Source: a virus
IMG/VR virus record: IMGVR_UViG_3300032007_000113
Direction: 5' to 3' (one strand)
DNA length: 56,062 nucleotides
Shown here: positions 25,045 to 34,785 of the stretch, one piece after another
Layout of the letters: each line of letters starts with the position of its first letter
Position numbering within the stretch: the first letter of the stretch is position 1
The notes under the pieces: generated by a model
Seen by the model: the letters and a program-made list of their open reading frames with translations, nothing else
Database searches by the model: none
What the model was told of the DNA's origin: nothing
Made by a program: the position numbers and the translations under genes

Positions 25045-25920
25045 ATGAAACAGACAATCGCAATTATTCATTTCAACACGCCAGAACTGACGGAGGCTTG
25101 CATCCTGTCAATCAGGAAGCAGGGCATAGACTGGCCTATTGTATTGTTTGACAATTCGGCAGACATCACCATCCCGGCTGGCACCAACGGCAACGGTCCC
25201 AAGGAGGAGACCGTCATCAAGGCGCGACCCTTCAAGCAGAAGATGAAGGGCGTGAAGGTCATCGACAACACGAAGGGACAGGTAATCGACTTCGAGCAGT
25301 TCCTGTCGCTCTACCCAGACCGCAACCGGCAGCTGGGCGTATGGAAATCATCGGTGTGGGGCTCAGCCAAGCACATCGTGACGGTGCAGAAGTTATGGGA
25401 GTTGCTGCCCGACGGGTTCATCCTCGTGGAGAGTGACACACTCATCAAACGCGACATCAGCGAGCTGTGGAAAGAGCAGTATTCCTTCTGCGGATATGTG
25501 CAGAAGAACCAGCACGGCAACCGCTTCAAGGTGCCAAGGATTCTGCCAATGCTCTGCTACATGAACGTGCCGAAGCTGACGAAAGAGGGCGCACGATACT
25601 TTGACCCCGAAAGATGCTGGGGACTGAAGGCCGATGCCAACCTGCGCGGCAACTGGTTCGACACAGGTGCATGTCTGCTGGACGACGTGCTGCGTATGCG
25701 TCCCAGACTGAAAGGCTTGAACGTAGATATTCGGCTCTTCATCGAGCACTACGGCGGCGGGTCATGGCACCAGGGAGATCTCCAGCGGCAGTCGGCATGG
25801 CTGAAACAGCACGAGGCATTATGGTCAACACCGGGAAAGACTCAGACATCAGCCATCAGCCATCAGACATCTCCCAGTAAACCCAAAACAGCAAAACGCA
25901 CGAATAGTAAAAGCAAGTAA
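25045..25920 (+). CDS. glycosyltransferase-like protein (GT-A/GT2-like N-terminus)
   Basis: IAIIHFNTPELTEACILSIRKQG and ESDTL (DxD-like); basic S/T/K tail. Confidence 0.45.
   Translation: MKQTIAIIHFNTPELTEACILSIRKQGIDWPIVLFDNSADITIPAGTNGNGPKEETVIKARPFKQKMKGVKVIDNTKGQVIDFEQFLSLYPDRNRQLGVWKSSVWGSAKHIVTVQKLWELLPDGFILVESDTLIKRDISELWKEQYSFCGYVQKNQHGNRFKVPRILPMLCYMNVPKLTKEGARYFDPERCWGLKADANLRGNWFDTGACLLDDVLRMRPRLKGLNVDIRLFIEHYGGGSWHQGDLQRQSAWLKQHEALWSTPGKTQTSAISHQTSPSKPKTAKRTNSKSK
25843..25870 (-). repeat. four tandem heptads CAGNCAT inside the 3' end of the glycosyltransferase-like CDS
   Basis: cagacat cagccat cagccat cagacat. Confidence 0.65.
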
Positions 25921-25923
25921 GAT

Positions 25924-27288
25924 ATGAGTTTTTTCAGTAATCTTTTCAAAGCGGCTACGCCCGAGAACACCATCATGTTGCGCGAGGCACCACAGACCCC
26001 CGGTGTTCCTTCGAGCACCATGCCACCTGAACCTCCGAAGGTGGAGGGCGGCGACTACATGGAGCGCATCGTGGCGACGCGAAGCCCCGAGGCGGCTTGT
26101 TCCGTGTCGGCGGTCTATCGTGCCGTGACGCTGCGTGGCGACACGATGGGCGTGATGCCGGTTCAGTACCGCAAAAAAGACTTCGAGGGCGGCAACTTCG
26201 TACAGGACATGCGCGGCCTGGGCAAGCGTATCAACTATCTGTTGCAGGAGGAAGCGAACCCCATCATGACGGCTCCCGACCTGTGGAACCTCGTGGAACT
26301 GAACCGCACACTGACGGGCAACGGCTTCGTGTATATCGAGCGCGACGAGTTCGGTTTCCCGCTTCACTTGTGGCTCGTGAAGGAGTGCGGCTACAACATC
26401 AACACCGCGACCTACGCCAGCATCGTGTTCCTGACCGACAAGGGCTACAGGACGGAGGTGAACGTGCCGACCTCGGACGTGCTGCACTTCCCGAACAACT
26501 TCCGCTACCCGAACGGCTGGGGCAAATCGACGTTGCTCTACGCTTTCGAGGCTCTGACGCTGAACCGCACCCTGCGCTCGCAGGCACTCGACACGGCGGC
26601 AAAGGGCGGTCGTATCAAGGGTATCATCTCGGAGAAACAGCCGACGCAGGGACAAGGCACACTGGCCTTCGGACTGCTGAATCAGGACGAGGTGCACAAG
26701 ACTGCCCAGGAGATGCAGAAGAAGTTCTACTCAGGTCACGACATCGTGTCGATGCACGGCCTCGAATCGTTCCAGAACCTCTCGATGACCGCACAGGATA
26801 TGCAGATGCTGGAGCAACTGGGTATCACCTACGACGACGTGGCCCGCTATTGGGGCGTACCGCGTCCGCTGCTGATGCTTGACACCAACTCGCACTACAA
26901 CGACTATCAGAACGCCACGATGGAGTTCCACACCCGTACCATCCTGCCGCTGAAGAACCGCAACGAGAAGGAGATTGCCCGCAAGCTCATCGGCATGAAG
27001 GACTACGGCACCCGCGACATCCACATCTGCGAAGACCCGCTGATGGTGATGGACCCCGAACGCCGCGCGAAGGTGGCACAGCTGAAGATGCAGGCAGGAC
27101 TCTGCACCGTGAACGAAGCCCGCCGCGACTTCGATATGCCTGCCGTGGAGGATGGCGACGTGCCAATGGCATCGGCAAACCTCATGACGCTGAAAGCCCT
27201 CATCGCCAAGAGCGACGCTGCCCAGCAGCTGAAGCCCGGCAACTACACCGTGGGCGAATCGCCAAAGGAGGGCGAGGAAACCGCATGA
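25924..27288 (+). CDS. portal protein (HK97 family)
   Basis: 454-aa ORF directly upstream of protease and MCP; typical length and position. Confidence 0.8.
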   Translation: MSFFSNLFKAATPENTIMLREAPQTPGVPSSTMPPEPPKVEGGDYMERIVATRSPEAACSVSAVYRAVTLRGDTMGVMPVQYRKKDFEGGNFVQDMRGLGKRINYLLQEEANPIMTAPDLWNLVELNRTLTGNGFVYIERDEFGFPLHLWLVKECGYNINTATYASIVFLTDKGYRTEVNVPTSDVLHFPNNFRYPNGWGKSTLLYAFEALTLNRTLRSQALDTAAKGGRIKGIISEKQPTQGQGTLAFGLLNQDEVHKTAQEMQKKFYSGHDIVSMHGLESFQNLSMTAQDMQMLEQLGITYDDVARYWGVPRPLLMLDTNSHYNDYQNATMEFHTRTILPLKNRNEKEIARKLIGMKDYGTRDIHICEDPLMVMDPERRAKVAQLKMQAGLCTVNEARRDFDMPAVEDGDVPMASANLMTLKALIAKSDAAQQLKPGNYTVGESPKEGEETA

Positions 27289-27289
27289 A

Positions 27290-27397
27290 GTTAGTATAGC
27301 AAACCGCATAAGGTTAGTATATCAAACCGCAGCGGTTTAATATAGAAAACCCAAGCGGTTGAGTATAGTAAACCCAAGCGATAAAATATAGCAAAAG
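27290..27397 (+). repeat. 4.7 tandem copies of a 22-23-bp iteron
   Basis: gttagtatagcaaaccgcataag / gttagtatatcaaaccgcagcg / gtttaatatagaaaacccaagcg / gttgagtatagtaaacccaagcg / ataaaatatagcaaaag. Confidence 0.85.
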
Positions 27398-27398
27398 T

Positions 27399-27509
27399 AT
27401 GACACCAAACCCGACAAAAGAGGAAATCGACGCTCTGGAGCGCGAGATTCAGCAACAGAGAAAGAATCGCGAAAGCCGTGTGCATCGCGCAGTAAACCCC
27501 AGGTACTAA
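27399..27509 (+). CDS. possible 36-aa ORF
   Basis: MTPNPTKEEIDALEREIQQQRKNRESRVHRAVNPRY; weak support only. Confidence 0.25.
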   Translation: MTPNPTKEEIDALEREIQQQRKNRESRVHRAVNPRY

Positions 27510-27548
27510 AACGGGGGTATAGTAGATAACATTTTCAAAACAGAGAAT

Positions 27549-28397
27549 ATGAAACAGACAAGATTCATCCCAACCGACACTTGCGGGCTGCATGTCCGTG
27601 AAACGGAGGACGGTCAGCAGAGCCGCACCATCGAGGGCAAGCCCATCGTGTTCGGTGTGCGTTCCGTAAACCTGACACCGTGGAGCGAAACCCGCGAGGT
27701 GTATGAGGTGCTGGAGCCTGGATGTATCACCAACGAGTTGTTGCAACGCTCCGACGTGATCCTCAATCTGAACCACTCCAGTATGGTTCCCGACGTGCTG
27801 GGTCGCTGCAAGAACGGCAACGGCACACTCTCTCTGCGGCTTGCAGGCGACCACATCGAGTGCCGCTGCGAACTGCCCAACACCAACAACGCCAACGATG
27901 CACTGGAGTTGATGAAGCGCGGCGACATCAGCGGCATGTCCTTCGCATTCCAGGACGACTACCAGGACAGCGAGAACGGTGTAAGTTACGAGCGCACCGC
28001 CGAGACCCACGACGGCAAGGAAGTGTGGCTTCGTCATGTGAAGCGCATCACCGGGCTGTACGATGTCGCCATCGTCACACACCCTGCCTACGAGCAGACC
28101 AGTGTCGCCACCCGTGAGGCATCGGAGGCTATCGACAAGGCGATTGAGGAGCAGCTGAAGCGCGAGTGTGGCGACGACGAAGCCAAGAAGAAGGCTGAGG
28201 AAGAAGCCAAGGCCGAAGAGGAGCGCAAAGCAGCCGAGGAAGCCGCCAAGCGTGAAGCCGAGGCAAAGGCCAAGGAGGAGGAAGAGCAGCGTCAGCTCGA
28301 AGAGCAGGAGCAGCGATTCCGCGAACAGCAGGCCATGCGTCTGCGTGCCAAGGCCCGCCGACTCAACGACGAAATTTTATCATCACTCGAATATTAA
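27549..28397 (+). CDS. prohead serine protease (HK97 family) with E/K/A-rich coiled-coil C-terminal extension
   Basis: NLNHS..VLGRC...GDISGMSFAF protease core; C-terminal KKKAEEEAKAEEERKAAEEAAKREAEAKAKEEEEQRQLEEQE. Confidence 0.8.
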   Translation: MKQTRFIPTDTCGLHVRETEDGQQSRTIEGKPIVFGVRSVNLTPWSETREVYEVLEPGCITNELLQRSDVILNLNHSSMVPDVLGRCKNGNGTLSLRLAGDHIECRCELPNTNNANDALELMKRGDISGMSFAFQDDYQDSENGVSYERTAETHDGKEVWLRHVKRITGLYDVAIVTHPAYEQTSVATREASEAIDKAIEEQLKRECGDDEAKKKAEEEAKAEEERKAAEEAAKREAEAKAKEEEEQRQLEEQEQRFREQQAMRLRAKARRLNDEILSSLEY

Positions 28398-28418
28398 CCA
28401 ATTAAAAGTTTTTGCATC

Positions 28419-29666
28419 ATGAAAGAAATGACAAAGACCCAGATTCAGGAGCGTCAACTCGCTATCATGAATCGCATGCACGAGATGGAGGAGAAGTCTC
28501 GTGAGGCTAACAACGGCAACATCCTCTTCACCGAGGCCGAGTCTGCCGAGTATCGTTCACTCGTTGATGAGTCTGCCGGACTCAGCGCACGTGCCAAGGC
28601 TATGGCCAGCGGCAAGGAGCTGGAGCAGATTCGTGAGCGCGAGGACTTGGGCAAGAAGCTCCGTGAGCGCATCAAGGAGTGCTCACAGAAGCGTGAGAAC
28701 GCCACCACCGTACTGGCTAACAAGGTGACTGGCGATGCTGGTGGCGACAACAACACCTATGCCAACCTCGAGGCTGGTGGCTTGATCCCCGTGACCATCA
28801 AGGAAATCATCGACACCAAGGTTGCAGGCATCGAACTGCCCGACGACCTGAAGCTGGTGATGGGTGTGACTGGCACCGAGATTATCCCCTACAGCACCAA
28901 CGACGTGGTGTTCTCTGTTGAGGGCGAGGTGACTAAGGTAGGCGAGCAGGCTCTGAACTTCGCCAACATCAAGGCACAGCCGCAGCGTATCGCTGCCAGC
29001 GTTCCCGTGAGCTTCCGTGCTATCGACAACGCCGCCTTCGACATCATCGCCTTCATCACCTACAAGTTCCAGAAGGGCTGGGCTATCTTCCGTGCTCTCC
29101 ACGTCTATGCACACGGTGAGTATCAGCCCGTTCAGGGTCCATTCGCCAAGGTGGAGGTTGTAGAGCTGACCAACGACGAGAATCTACCTAAGAATCTCGC
29201 TAAGGAGGCTGCCAAGATGTATGACCTCGGCTTCGAGGGCGATCCTGTGTTCATCATGGACAAGGTGACTGAGGTTGACCTGAAGTTCAAGGCTCTCATC
29301 CCCGGCTCTACTGGTGAGCGTACTGCCATCGAGGACGGCCTGTGCTTGGGCTACAAGTACGTCGTATCTCCTTACATCGACTACGCTATCGCCAGCAACG
29401 GCACTGCCACCAAGGACGGCCAGTACCGCTACATCGGTATCGGTCACTTCGGCTATCTGGCAGAGCAGCAGCACGGTGAGTTCCGCTTCAACATCGACGG
29501 CACCAGCCAGGCCAACTTCGACCGTGGCACGGTTGCTATCGGCATGACCACCGACTACTCGCTGACCGAGCTCTCCGGCAAGGTGAACAACGGCAACGGC
29601 ACTCCCCAGGCCTTCAAGCTCATCAAACTCGTTGAGCCCGCTTCTTCTAACGAGATTGGCGGCTAA
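28419..29666 (+). CDS. major capsid protein (HK97 fold family)
   Basis: 415 aa, N-terminal coiled delta-like region, position after the protease. Confidence 0.8.
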   Translation: MKEMTKTQIQERQLAIMNRMHEMEEKSREANNGNILFTEAESAEYRSLVDESAGLSARAKAMASGKELEQIREREDLGKKLRERIKECSQKRENATTVLANKVTGDAGGDNNTYANLEAGGLIPVTIKEIIDTKVAGIELPDDLKLVMGVTGTEIIPYSTNDVVFSVEGEVTKVGEQALNFANIKAQPQRIAASVPVSFRAIDNAAFDIIAFITYKFQKGWAIFRALHVYAHGEYQPVQGPFAKVEVVELTNDENLPKNLAKEAAKMYDLGFEGDPVFIMDKVTEVDLKFKALIPGSTGERTAIEDGLCLGYKYVVSPYIDYAIASNGTATKDGQYRYIGIGHFGYLAEQQHGEFRFNIDGTSQANFDRGTVAIGMTTDYSLTELSGKVNNGNGTPQAFKLIKLVEPASSNEIGG

Positions 29667-29719
29667 GAGTAGGATTCTCTCTCATCAAGTCTTTGACTCA
29701 ATCATAGTTCACTTTAAAG

Positions 29720-29775
29720 CCCGTCGGTGGCGGCAATGCAACAGCAAAGCGACAGTCCACTGGCGGGTTTCTTTG
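29720..29775 (+). terminator. hairpin terminator after the capsid gene
   Basis: cccgtcggtgg/ccactggcggg (2 G-U) then tttctttg. Confidence 0.55.
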
Positions 29776-29843
29776 TGCCCCAAAGTAAACCGATAGCGGC
29801 ATTTTGCCAGAATAGTAAGACCAACTAATCGGGCAATTTCATT

Positions 29844-30437
29844 ATGGCACAAGACGCAATCACCGTAACAGGAATCGAGCAGTACCAAGAGCAACTACGC
29901 AAGATGCAGACCGACAACCATCGCACCAAGCGGGTGTTGCAGGCTATCATCCGTCGTGCCATCGGCGAAGCCCGCAAGAATGTCATCAAGGATGCGCAGG
30001 ATGTGCTAAGCACAAAACCAGAAGGTGCGCCCGATAATTGGGTAGCAGACCCCCGCCATGCTTACAAGGCCGTCCGTAACTCGGTATATAAGCAGATATT
30101 CGGCGGTCAGATCAACATCCTCAGTAGCCGCCATCGTGGTGCAGCCACCAGGTACGTGCGCAAAGGAACACTGCAAGAGGGACAGCGTGGCGGCAACCGC
30201 CGTAAACGTTCTGAGCGCACCATGCAGATAGACAGCTACGAAGGCGTAGACCGTGGCTTCATACTCCGCTTCCTGAATGCGGGTACTGTTGAGCGTGAGA
30301 CGCGCTACGGCTCCCGTGGCTCACTTCGTGCCCGCCACTGGTTCGGCCGCTCGTCAGCATTCCAGATGGATGCAGCAGCCAGCCGTGTGGCCGAGGAAAT
30401 AGAAAAACTGCTCCAACAAGAATTTCAACTGATGTAA
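29844..30437 (+). CDS. neck/tail-completion candidate (HK97 gp10-like position)
   Basis: 197-aa ORF between MCP and the tape measure gene; assignment by position only. Confidence 0.35.
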   Translation: MAQDAITVTGIEQYQEQLRKMQTDNHRTKRVLQAIIRRAIGEARKNVIKDAQDVLSTKPEGAPDNWVADPRHAYKAVRNSVYKQIFGGQINILSSRHRGAATRYVRKGTLQEGQRGGNRRKRSERTMQIDSYEGVDRGFILRFLNAGTVERETRYGSRGSLRARHWFGRSSAFQMDAAASRVAEEIEKLLQQEFQLM

Positions 30438-30440
30438 GAT

Positions 30441-32945
30441 ATGGCAAAAGACATAATAACCAGGTTCAAACTTGAAACCACCGGCTTTGACTCCAAGATA
30501 AAAGAGGCGGCCAAGAACTTGTCTGCGTACAGCAAGACCGCCACCCAAGCCAAAGAGGGTTTCAACCAGTTCACCAAGGCTAACGTGGATGCAGCCCGTG
30601 CGCTCGGCTCGATGGCCACCAGCACCACCAACGTCAAGGATAGGGTAAAGGAGCTGGTGGGTGCATACAATGATGCCGCCAAAGCATACGAAGCCCTGAC
30701 CAAGGAACAGCAGCAGAGTGACTGGGCAAAGGCTCTCGCCGGTTCGCTGACGCAGTTGCAGCAGCGCATCCGTGAAGCCAAAACCGAGATGCAAGGTCTC
30801 AGTACTGACACCAAAGGCGGCATCTTCAGCGGACTGAGCGGCAAGATGGAGGGTGCATTGGCTGTCTTTGGCGGTAACATGATGACCAAGGCGGCTGGGG
30901 CCATTGCCAGCCTGGGCACTGAGATGTTCAACTCCGTGCAGCAGGGCATTGAACTTGCCAAGCAGGGTGAGGGCATCCGCGTAGCCTTTGAGCGTCTGGG
31001 CAATGGTCAGATACTTGACGGACTGCGTGAAGCCACCCACGGCACCGTGACAGACATCGAACTGATGAAAGCTGCCGTGAAGTTCAACGACTTCAAGCTG
31101 CCTGTGGAAGAGTTGGGCACCATGCTCGCATTCGCTCAACAGAAAGCCAAGGACACCGGGCAAAGCGTTGACTACATGGTGGACAGCATCGTGACTGGAC
31201 TCGGTCGTAAGTCGCTCATGATACTCGACAACCTCGGACTATCAGCCAATGAGGTCAAGGAGAAGATGAAGGAAACGGGCGACATGACCAAGGCCGTCGG
31301 TTCCATCATCCGTGAGCAAATGGCATCAGCAGGCGACTATGTGGAGACCGCAGCCGACCGTGCCGCACAAGCCAACGTGAGCCTGCAAAACAAGATGGAG
31401 GAGTTGGGCCGCAAGTTTGCACCACTCGAAGAAGCCAGCAACAGCCTGTGGACTTCTATGAAGATTGGCATCCTCGACATCATCGGTGGCCCGCTCGCTA
31501 CGCTGCTGAACCAGCTCACGCAGGCCGGACGCATGGCTAATGCCTACGGACTGATGGGTGGCAATGCCAAGGTGGGGCGCATGACCGCCAACCTTGCAGG
31601 CGCAAGCGAAGGGAAACGGCAAAGCATCTACCAACAGCAGCAGGAACAGTTCTGGCGGTATATCAATCCACGCGAGCAGCAGATTAGAGATATACGTGCA
31701 TGGCAAAGTGGTGATCGCAACGAAGCGTTACAGAAGCGTATCGGTGCAATCACAAAGAAGTACGGCTCACTCGACGCTACCAAGATTCAGGCCGAAGTGG
31801 ATGCAGCCAAGAAGATGCTCTCCGACTATCAGGCAGCGGCCAAACAGATTCTTCAGCCCGTCAATATCAACACCAAGCAGGCTGAACAGAACGTCGCATC
31901 GCTCCGCAAGCAGCTAAAGGAACTGGAGGAACAGCGAAAGAAAGCAATCAAAGCTGGCGACCAGGAACAGGTGGAAAACCTGACCAAACAAATCAGCCAG
32001 GTCAAGAACAACATAGGTTATCTCGATCCTAATGCTTTGAAGTCGAATAAGACTATTAAAACAGAGATACAGAAAAACGAGGAAAAAATAAAAAAGCTGT
32101 CGGTGGAGTATGCCAAACTTGGTGATTCAGAGACCGAGGCAGCACGTAAGCGTCAGGCGGAGATACAGAAGGAAATCGAACTGCTGAAACAGCGCAACGG
32201 CCTACTTGGACTGCGTGCAGAACAGGCACAAGGACGATTAACACTTAAAACCAGTGACTTTGCCTTTGGAGGGGCTTCAGGCGACGGCCTGCTTGCTAAC
32301 CCGTTTGCGTCTGACGACAAGTCAATGAACATCAAAGGCTCACTTGGTCTACAACTCGACCCATCGGTATTGGCAGAAGCGCAGAAGGATGCCGATTCGT
32401 ATATTGACCAGCTGGTCAAGGGTGCCAAGCAGACTGAGAAAGCGTGGGGAATGGCAGGCCAGGCCGTTCAAGGCATCGGTTCGGCATTCGCCATGATTGA
32501 CGACCCAGCGGCAAAGGTTGCCGGCACTGTCATGCAGGCCATCGCCAGCGTCGCACTGGGTTTCGCTATGGCTTCTAAATCCGCCGACACGGTGGCTTCT
32601 GGTTGGGGATGGTTGGCGTGGTTGGGAGCAGGTGCTACGGCAATGGCTACCACCATCGCAACCATCCACTCGTTGACCGGCTACGCCTCTGGTGGTGTCA
32701 TCAAGGGCAATAGCTACAGCGGCGACAACATTATGGGCATGGTGGACGGCGGCGGCATCGTCGGACTGAATGCTGGAGAAATTGTGCTCAACAAAGCGCA
32801 GACTGCGAACGTGGCCAACGAACTGACGAACAATCAGCCAAGGTCTATGCGCGTAAACGGTCGAATCAGCGGCCATGACATCGTGCTGGCGGCTGACCGC
32901 TCGCTGGCACAGGAGGGAAAAGGGCACATAGTAACGTGGAAGTAG
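30441..32945 (+). CDS. tail tape measure protein
   Basis: 834 aa, long helical/coiled regions, TP901-type core (ELMKAAVKFNDF...VDSIVTGLGRKSLMILDNLGL), Gly/Ala-rich TM-like C-terminal segment. Confidence 0.8.
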   Translation: MAKDIITRFKLETTGFDSKIKEAAKNLSAYSKTATQAKEGFNQFTKANVDAARALGSMATSTTNVKDRVKELVGAYNDAAKAYEALTKEQQQSDWAKALAGSLTQLQQRIREAKTEMQGLSTDTKGGIFSGLSGKMEGALAVFGGNMMTKAAGAIASLGTEMFNSVQQGIELAKQGEGIRVAFERLGNGQILDGLREATHGTVTDIELMKAAVKFNDFKLPVEELGTMLAFAQQKAKDTGQSVDYMVDSIVTGLGRKSLMILDNLGLSANEVKEKMKETGDMTKAVGSIIREQMASAGDYVETAADRAAQANVSLQNKMEELGRKFAPLEEASNSLWTSMKIGILDIIGGPLATLLNQLTQAGRMANAYGLMGGNAKVGRMTANLAGASEGKRQSIYQQQQEQFWRYINPREQQIRDIRAWQSGDRNEALQKRIGAITKKYGSLDATKIQAEVDAAKKMLSDYQAAAKQILQPVNINTKQAEQNVASLRKQLKELEEQRKKAIKAGDQEQVENLTKQISQVKNNIGYLDPNALKSNKTIKTEIQKNEEKIKKLSVEYAKLGDSETEAARKRQAEIQKEIELLKQRNGLLGLRAEQAQGRLTLKTSDFAFGGASGDGLLANPFASDDKSMNIKGSLGLQLDPSVLAEAQKDADSYIDQLVKGAKQTEKAWGMAGQAVQGIGSAFAMIDDPAAKVAGTVMQAIASVALGFAMASKSADTVASGWGWLAWLGAGATAMATTIATIHSLTGYASGGVIKGNSYSGDNIMGMVDGGGIVGLNAGEIVLNKAQTANVANELTNNQPRSMRVNGRISGHDIVLAADRSLAQEGKGHIVTWK

Positions 32946-32951
32946 CATGAC

Positions 32952-32993
32952 GGCCAGATGGCCTAATTAATAATTAATAATGAATAATTAATA
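32952..32993 (+). repeat. AT-rich intergenic element
   Basis: ggcc-agat-ggcc then taattaataattaataatgaataattaataATG. Confidence 0.65.
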
Positions 32994-33362
32994 ATGGATG
33001 CAATACTTGGGAAAAATCTCATAGTGAGCGTAAACGGTACGGCTATAGCGGGTGCCAAGTCTTGTCGCCTCCAAATCAGTGGCGAGAATATTGAGCGAGC
33101 CAGCGCAACGAACGCTACATGGCGTGAGTTCATAGCTGGGCGCAAGACATGGACGGTGGCTTGTGATCATTTGCTACCGAGGACTGGCACTCCGCTTCGC
33201 TCTTCTGCAGCCATGGTCAACACCGTGGTGACGCTGACCGTAGGTGTCGAACAGGACGTGCTGTCAGGGAGTGCTCTCGTCAAGACGTGGGAGGTCAGCG
33301 GGGCCGTCGGAACGCTGGCGGTCGGTTCATTCCAGTTTCAAGGCTCCGGGCCGCTTCAGTAA
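32994..33362 (+). CDS. tail-tube-like protein, paralog 1
   Basis: G..L.VSVNG.....KSC.L..S.E..E.....W.E...G.K.W......; ends FQFQGSGPLQ. Confidence 0.55.
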   Translation: MDAILGKNLIVSVNGTAIAGAKSCRLQISGENIERASATNATWREFIAGRKTWTVACDHLLPRTGTPLRSSAAMVNTVVTLTVGVEQDVLSGSALVKTWEVSGAVGTLAVGSFQFQGSGPLQ

Positions 33363-33390
33363 ACCATGAACCATATTTCAGCCGATTAGT

Positions 33391-33840
33391 ATGAAGGACA
33401 TTGACGAAATCATCTACGACGCTCTGCGAGCAGACGAAAGCCTCATGGAGGCGGTCGGTGGCAGGATAGTCTCTACCTGCTTCGAGGTGGGACCTGACGG
33501 AAAGGACAACACGCCACTGCCGTGCATCATCGTCACGGACGACGGATGGCAGAACCAGCCAGCCAACAAGGACGACGACTGGGAGACAGACGAAGACCGC
33601 GTGACGGCCAGCATCGAAGTGGACGCAGACAGCCCCAAGGAGGTGAAGCGTATAGTCAGGATGTGTCGCAGTGTTGTGGCTGCGTACATTGCCCAGATGA
33701 TGGACAATGATGAAGAAACACCAGAGCTGGACTCGTTGCAAGCATCACAGTTGGCGTGGGATTGGATGAAACCCTGCTACTGGCAGACTTTGACATATAA
33801 TTGTACAACTAATATAACAGACGATCATGAGCAAAATTAA
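33391..33840 (+). CDS. tail completion/terminator-like protein
   Basis: N-terminus IYDALRADESLMEAVGGRI resembles DUF3168-type tail completion proteins. Confidence 0.4.
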   Translation: MKDIDEIIYDALRADESLMEAVGGRIVSTCFEVGPDGKDNTPLPCIIVTDDGWQNQPANKDDDWETDEDRVTASIEVDADSPKEVKRIVRMCRSVVAAYIAQMMDNDEETPELDSLQASQLAWDWMKPCYWQTLTYNCTTNITDDHEQN

Positions 33841-34204
33841 AGGCCAAAACGTTACCATTAATTCGACTCTCGTTGCAGACGAGACGAATTGCACCGTTAC
33901 CGTCACCGGCAATACCGAGGACGTAACAACAAAGGGAGAAGCCTCGTTGTTCAGCCGGGACACCATGACGAGCAAGTCATGGCAAGTCCAGGTAGACACA
34001 TACCAGGCAGAAGCCTCTCAGTTGCAAGCTATCCTGACGGCGTTCATCGGAGCCGCACCCGTAGCGGTAGGATGGAATGTCGCAGGAGCCTCCGATGCCA
34101 ACGGCAGCGGTCAGGCATTGCTGAACGACTTCACTATGAACTTTAACGACCGCGAGACGGTTGCCGTTTCACTTCAATTCCAGGGAACCGGAGCCCTTAG
34201 CTAA
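33827..34204 (+). CDS. tail-tube-like protein, paralog 2
   Basis: NCTVTVTGNTEDVTTKG....SKSWQV; ends LQFQGTGALS. Confidence 0.55.
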   Translation: MSKIKGQNVTINSTLVADETNCTVTVTGNTEDVTTKGEASLFSRDTMTSKSWQVQVDTYQAEASQLQAILTAFIGAAPVAVGWNVAGASDANGSGQALLNDFTMNFNDRETVAVSLQFQGTGALS

Positions 34205-34210
34205 ACCACT

Positions 34211-34687
34211 ATGAAAAGAGGACAATACATCAGATTGCTGTTGGCTACTGCTGCCAACCCCACGGCGGTTATTGCTGCCGCAAAACAGATGTCTTTGCAC
34301 GGCAGTGCTACCGTGGAAGACTCGAGTACCAAGGACACCACCGGCGACTACACCGAGCAGGAGGTCACAGGACTGTCGTATGACATCACCGGCAACGCCC
34401 AGCTGCTGACATCGAACGACCCGCTGGCCACTGGTTCGAACACGGCAGGCGGTATGCTCGCAAAGTTGCAAGACACTCCACTCTACTGGCGCATCTGTGT
34501 GATGGAGGGTGAGAACAACCGCACCATCGTGAGCACCATCTGCTCTGGACAGGCCAAGCTGACGCAATGGAGTCTGCAAGGACAAAACAAGCAGGTGGCT
34601 ACATTTAGCTACACGCTGACTGGTTTTGGTCCAATCGTGTCTGGTGGCGCAACGCAGAGCGCACCTGCTTCAAGTGGCAACGATTAA
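34211..34687 (+). CDS. tail-tube-like protein, paralog 3
   Basis: MSLHGSATVEDSSTKDTTGD...; ends YTLTGFGPIV + tail. Confidence 0.5.
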   Translation: MKRGQYIRLLLATAANPTAVIAAAKQMSLHGSATVEDSSTKDTTGDYTEQEVTGLSYDITGNAQLLTSNDPLATGSNTAGGMLAKLQDTPLYWRICVMEGENNRTIVSTICSGQAKLTQWSLQGQNKQVATFSYTLTGFGPIVSGGATQSAPASSGND

Positions 34688-34785
34688 ATTGCGTGACATA
34701 AGTTCCTTTTGTGGCCGTCTGTCCGTTTTTCATGGTTTGACTTGCTGACGGACGGCCCTTTTCAACAACTAAAACATTCACAACT

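Noticed and set aside
25849-26882. Long ORFs 25849..26697 (-, 282 aa) and 26097..26882 (+, 261 aa) overlapping the portal gene
   Set aside because: These are off-frame or antisense products with extreme Arg/Gly/Ala/His content. The portal frame is the only one with the expected length and position.
30354-31163. 269-aa minus-strand ORF antisense to the tape measure gene
   Set aside because: It is an antisense artefact within a long, clearly coding + strand ORF.
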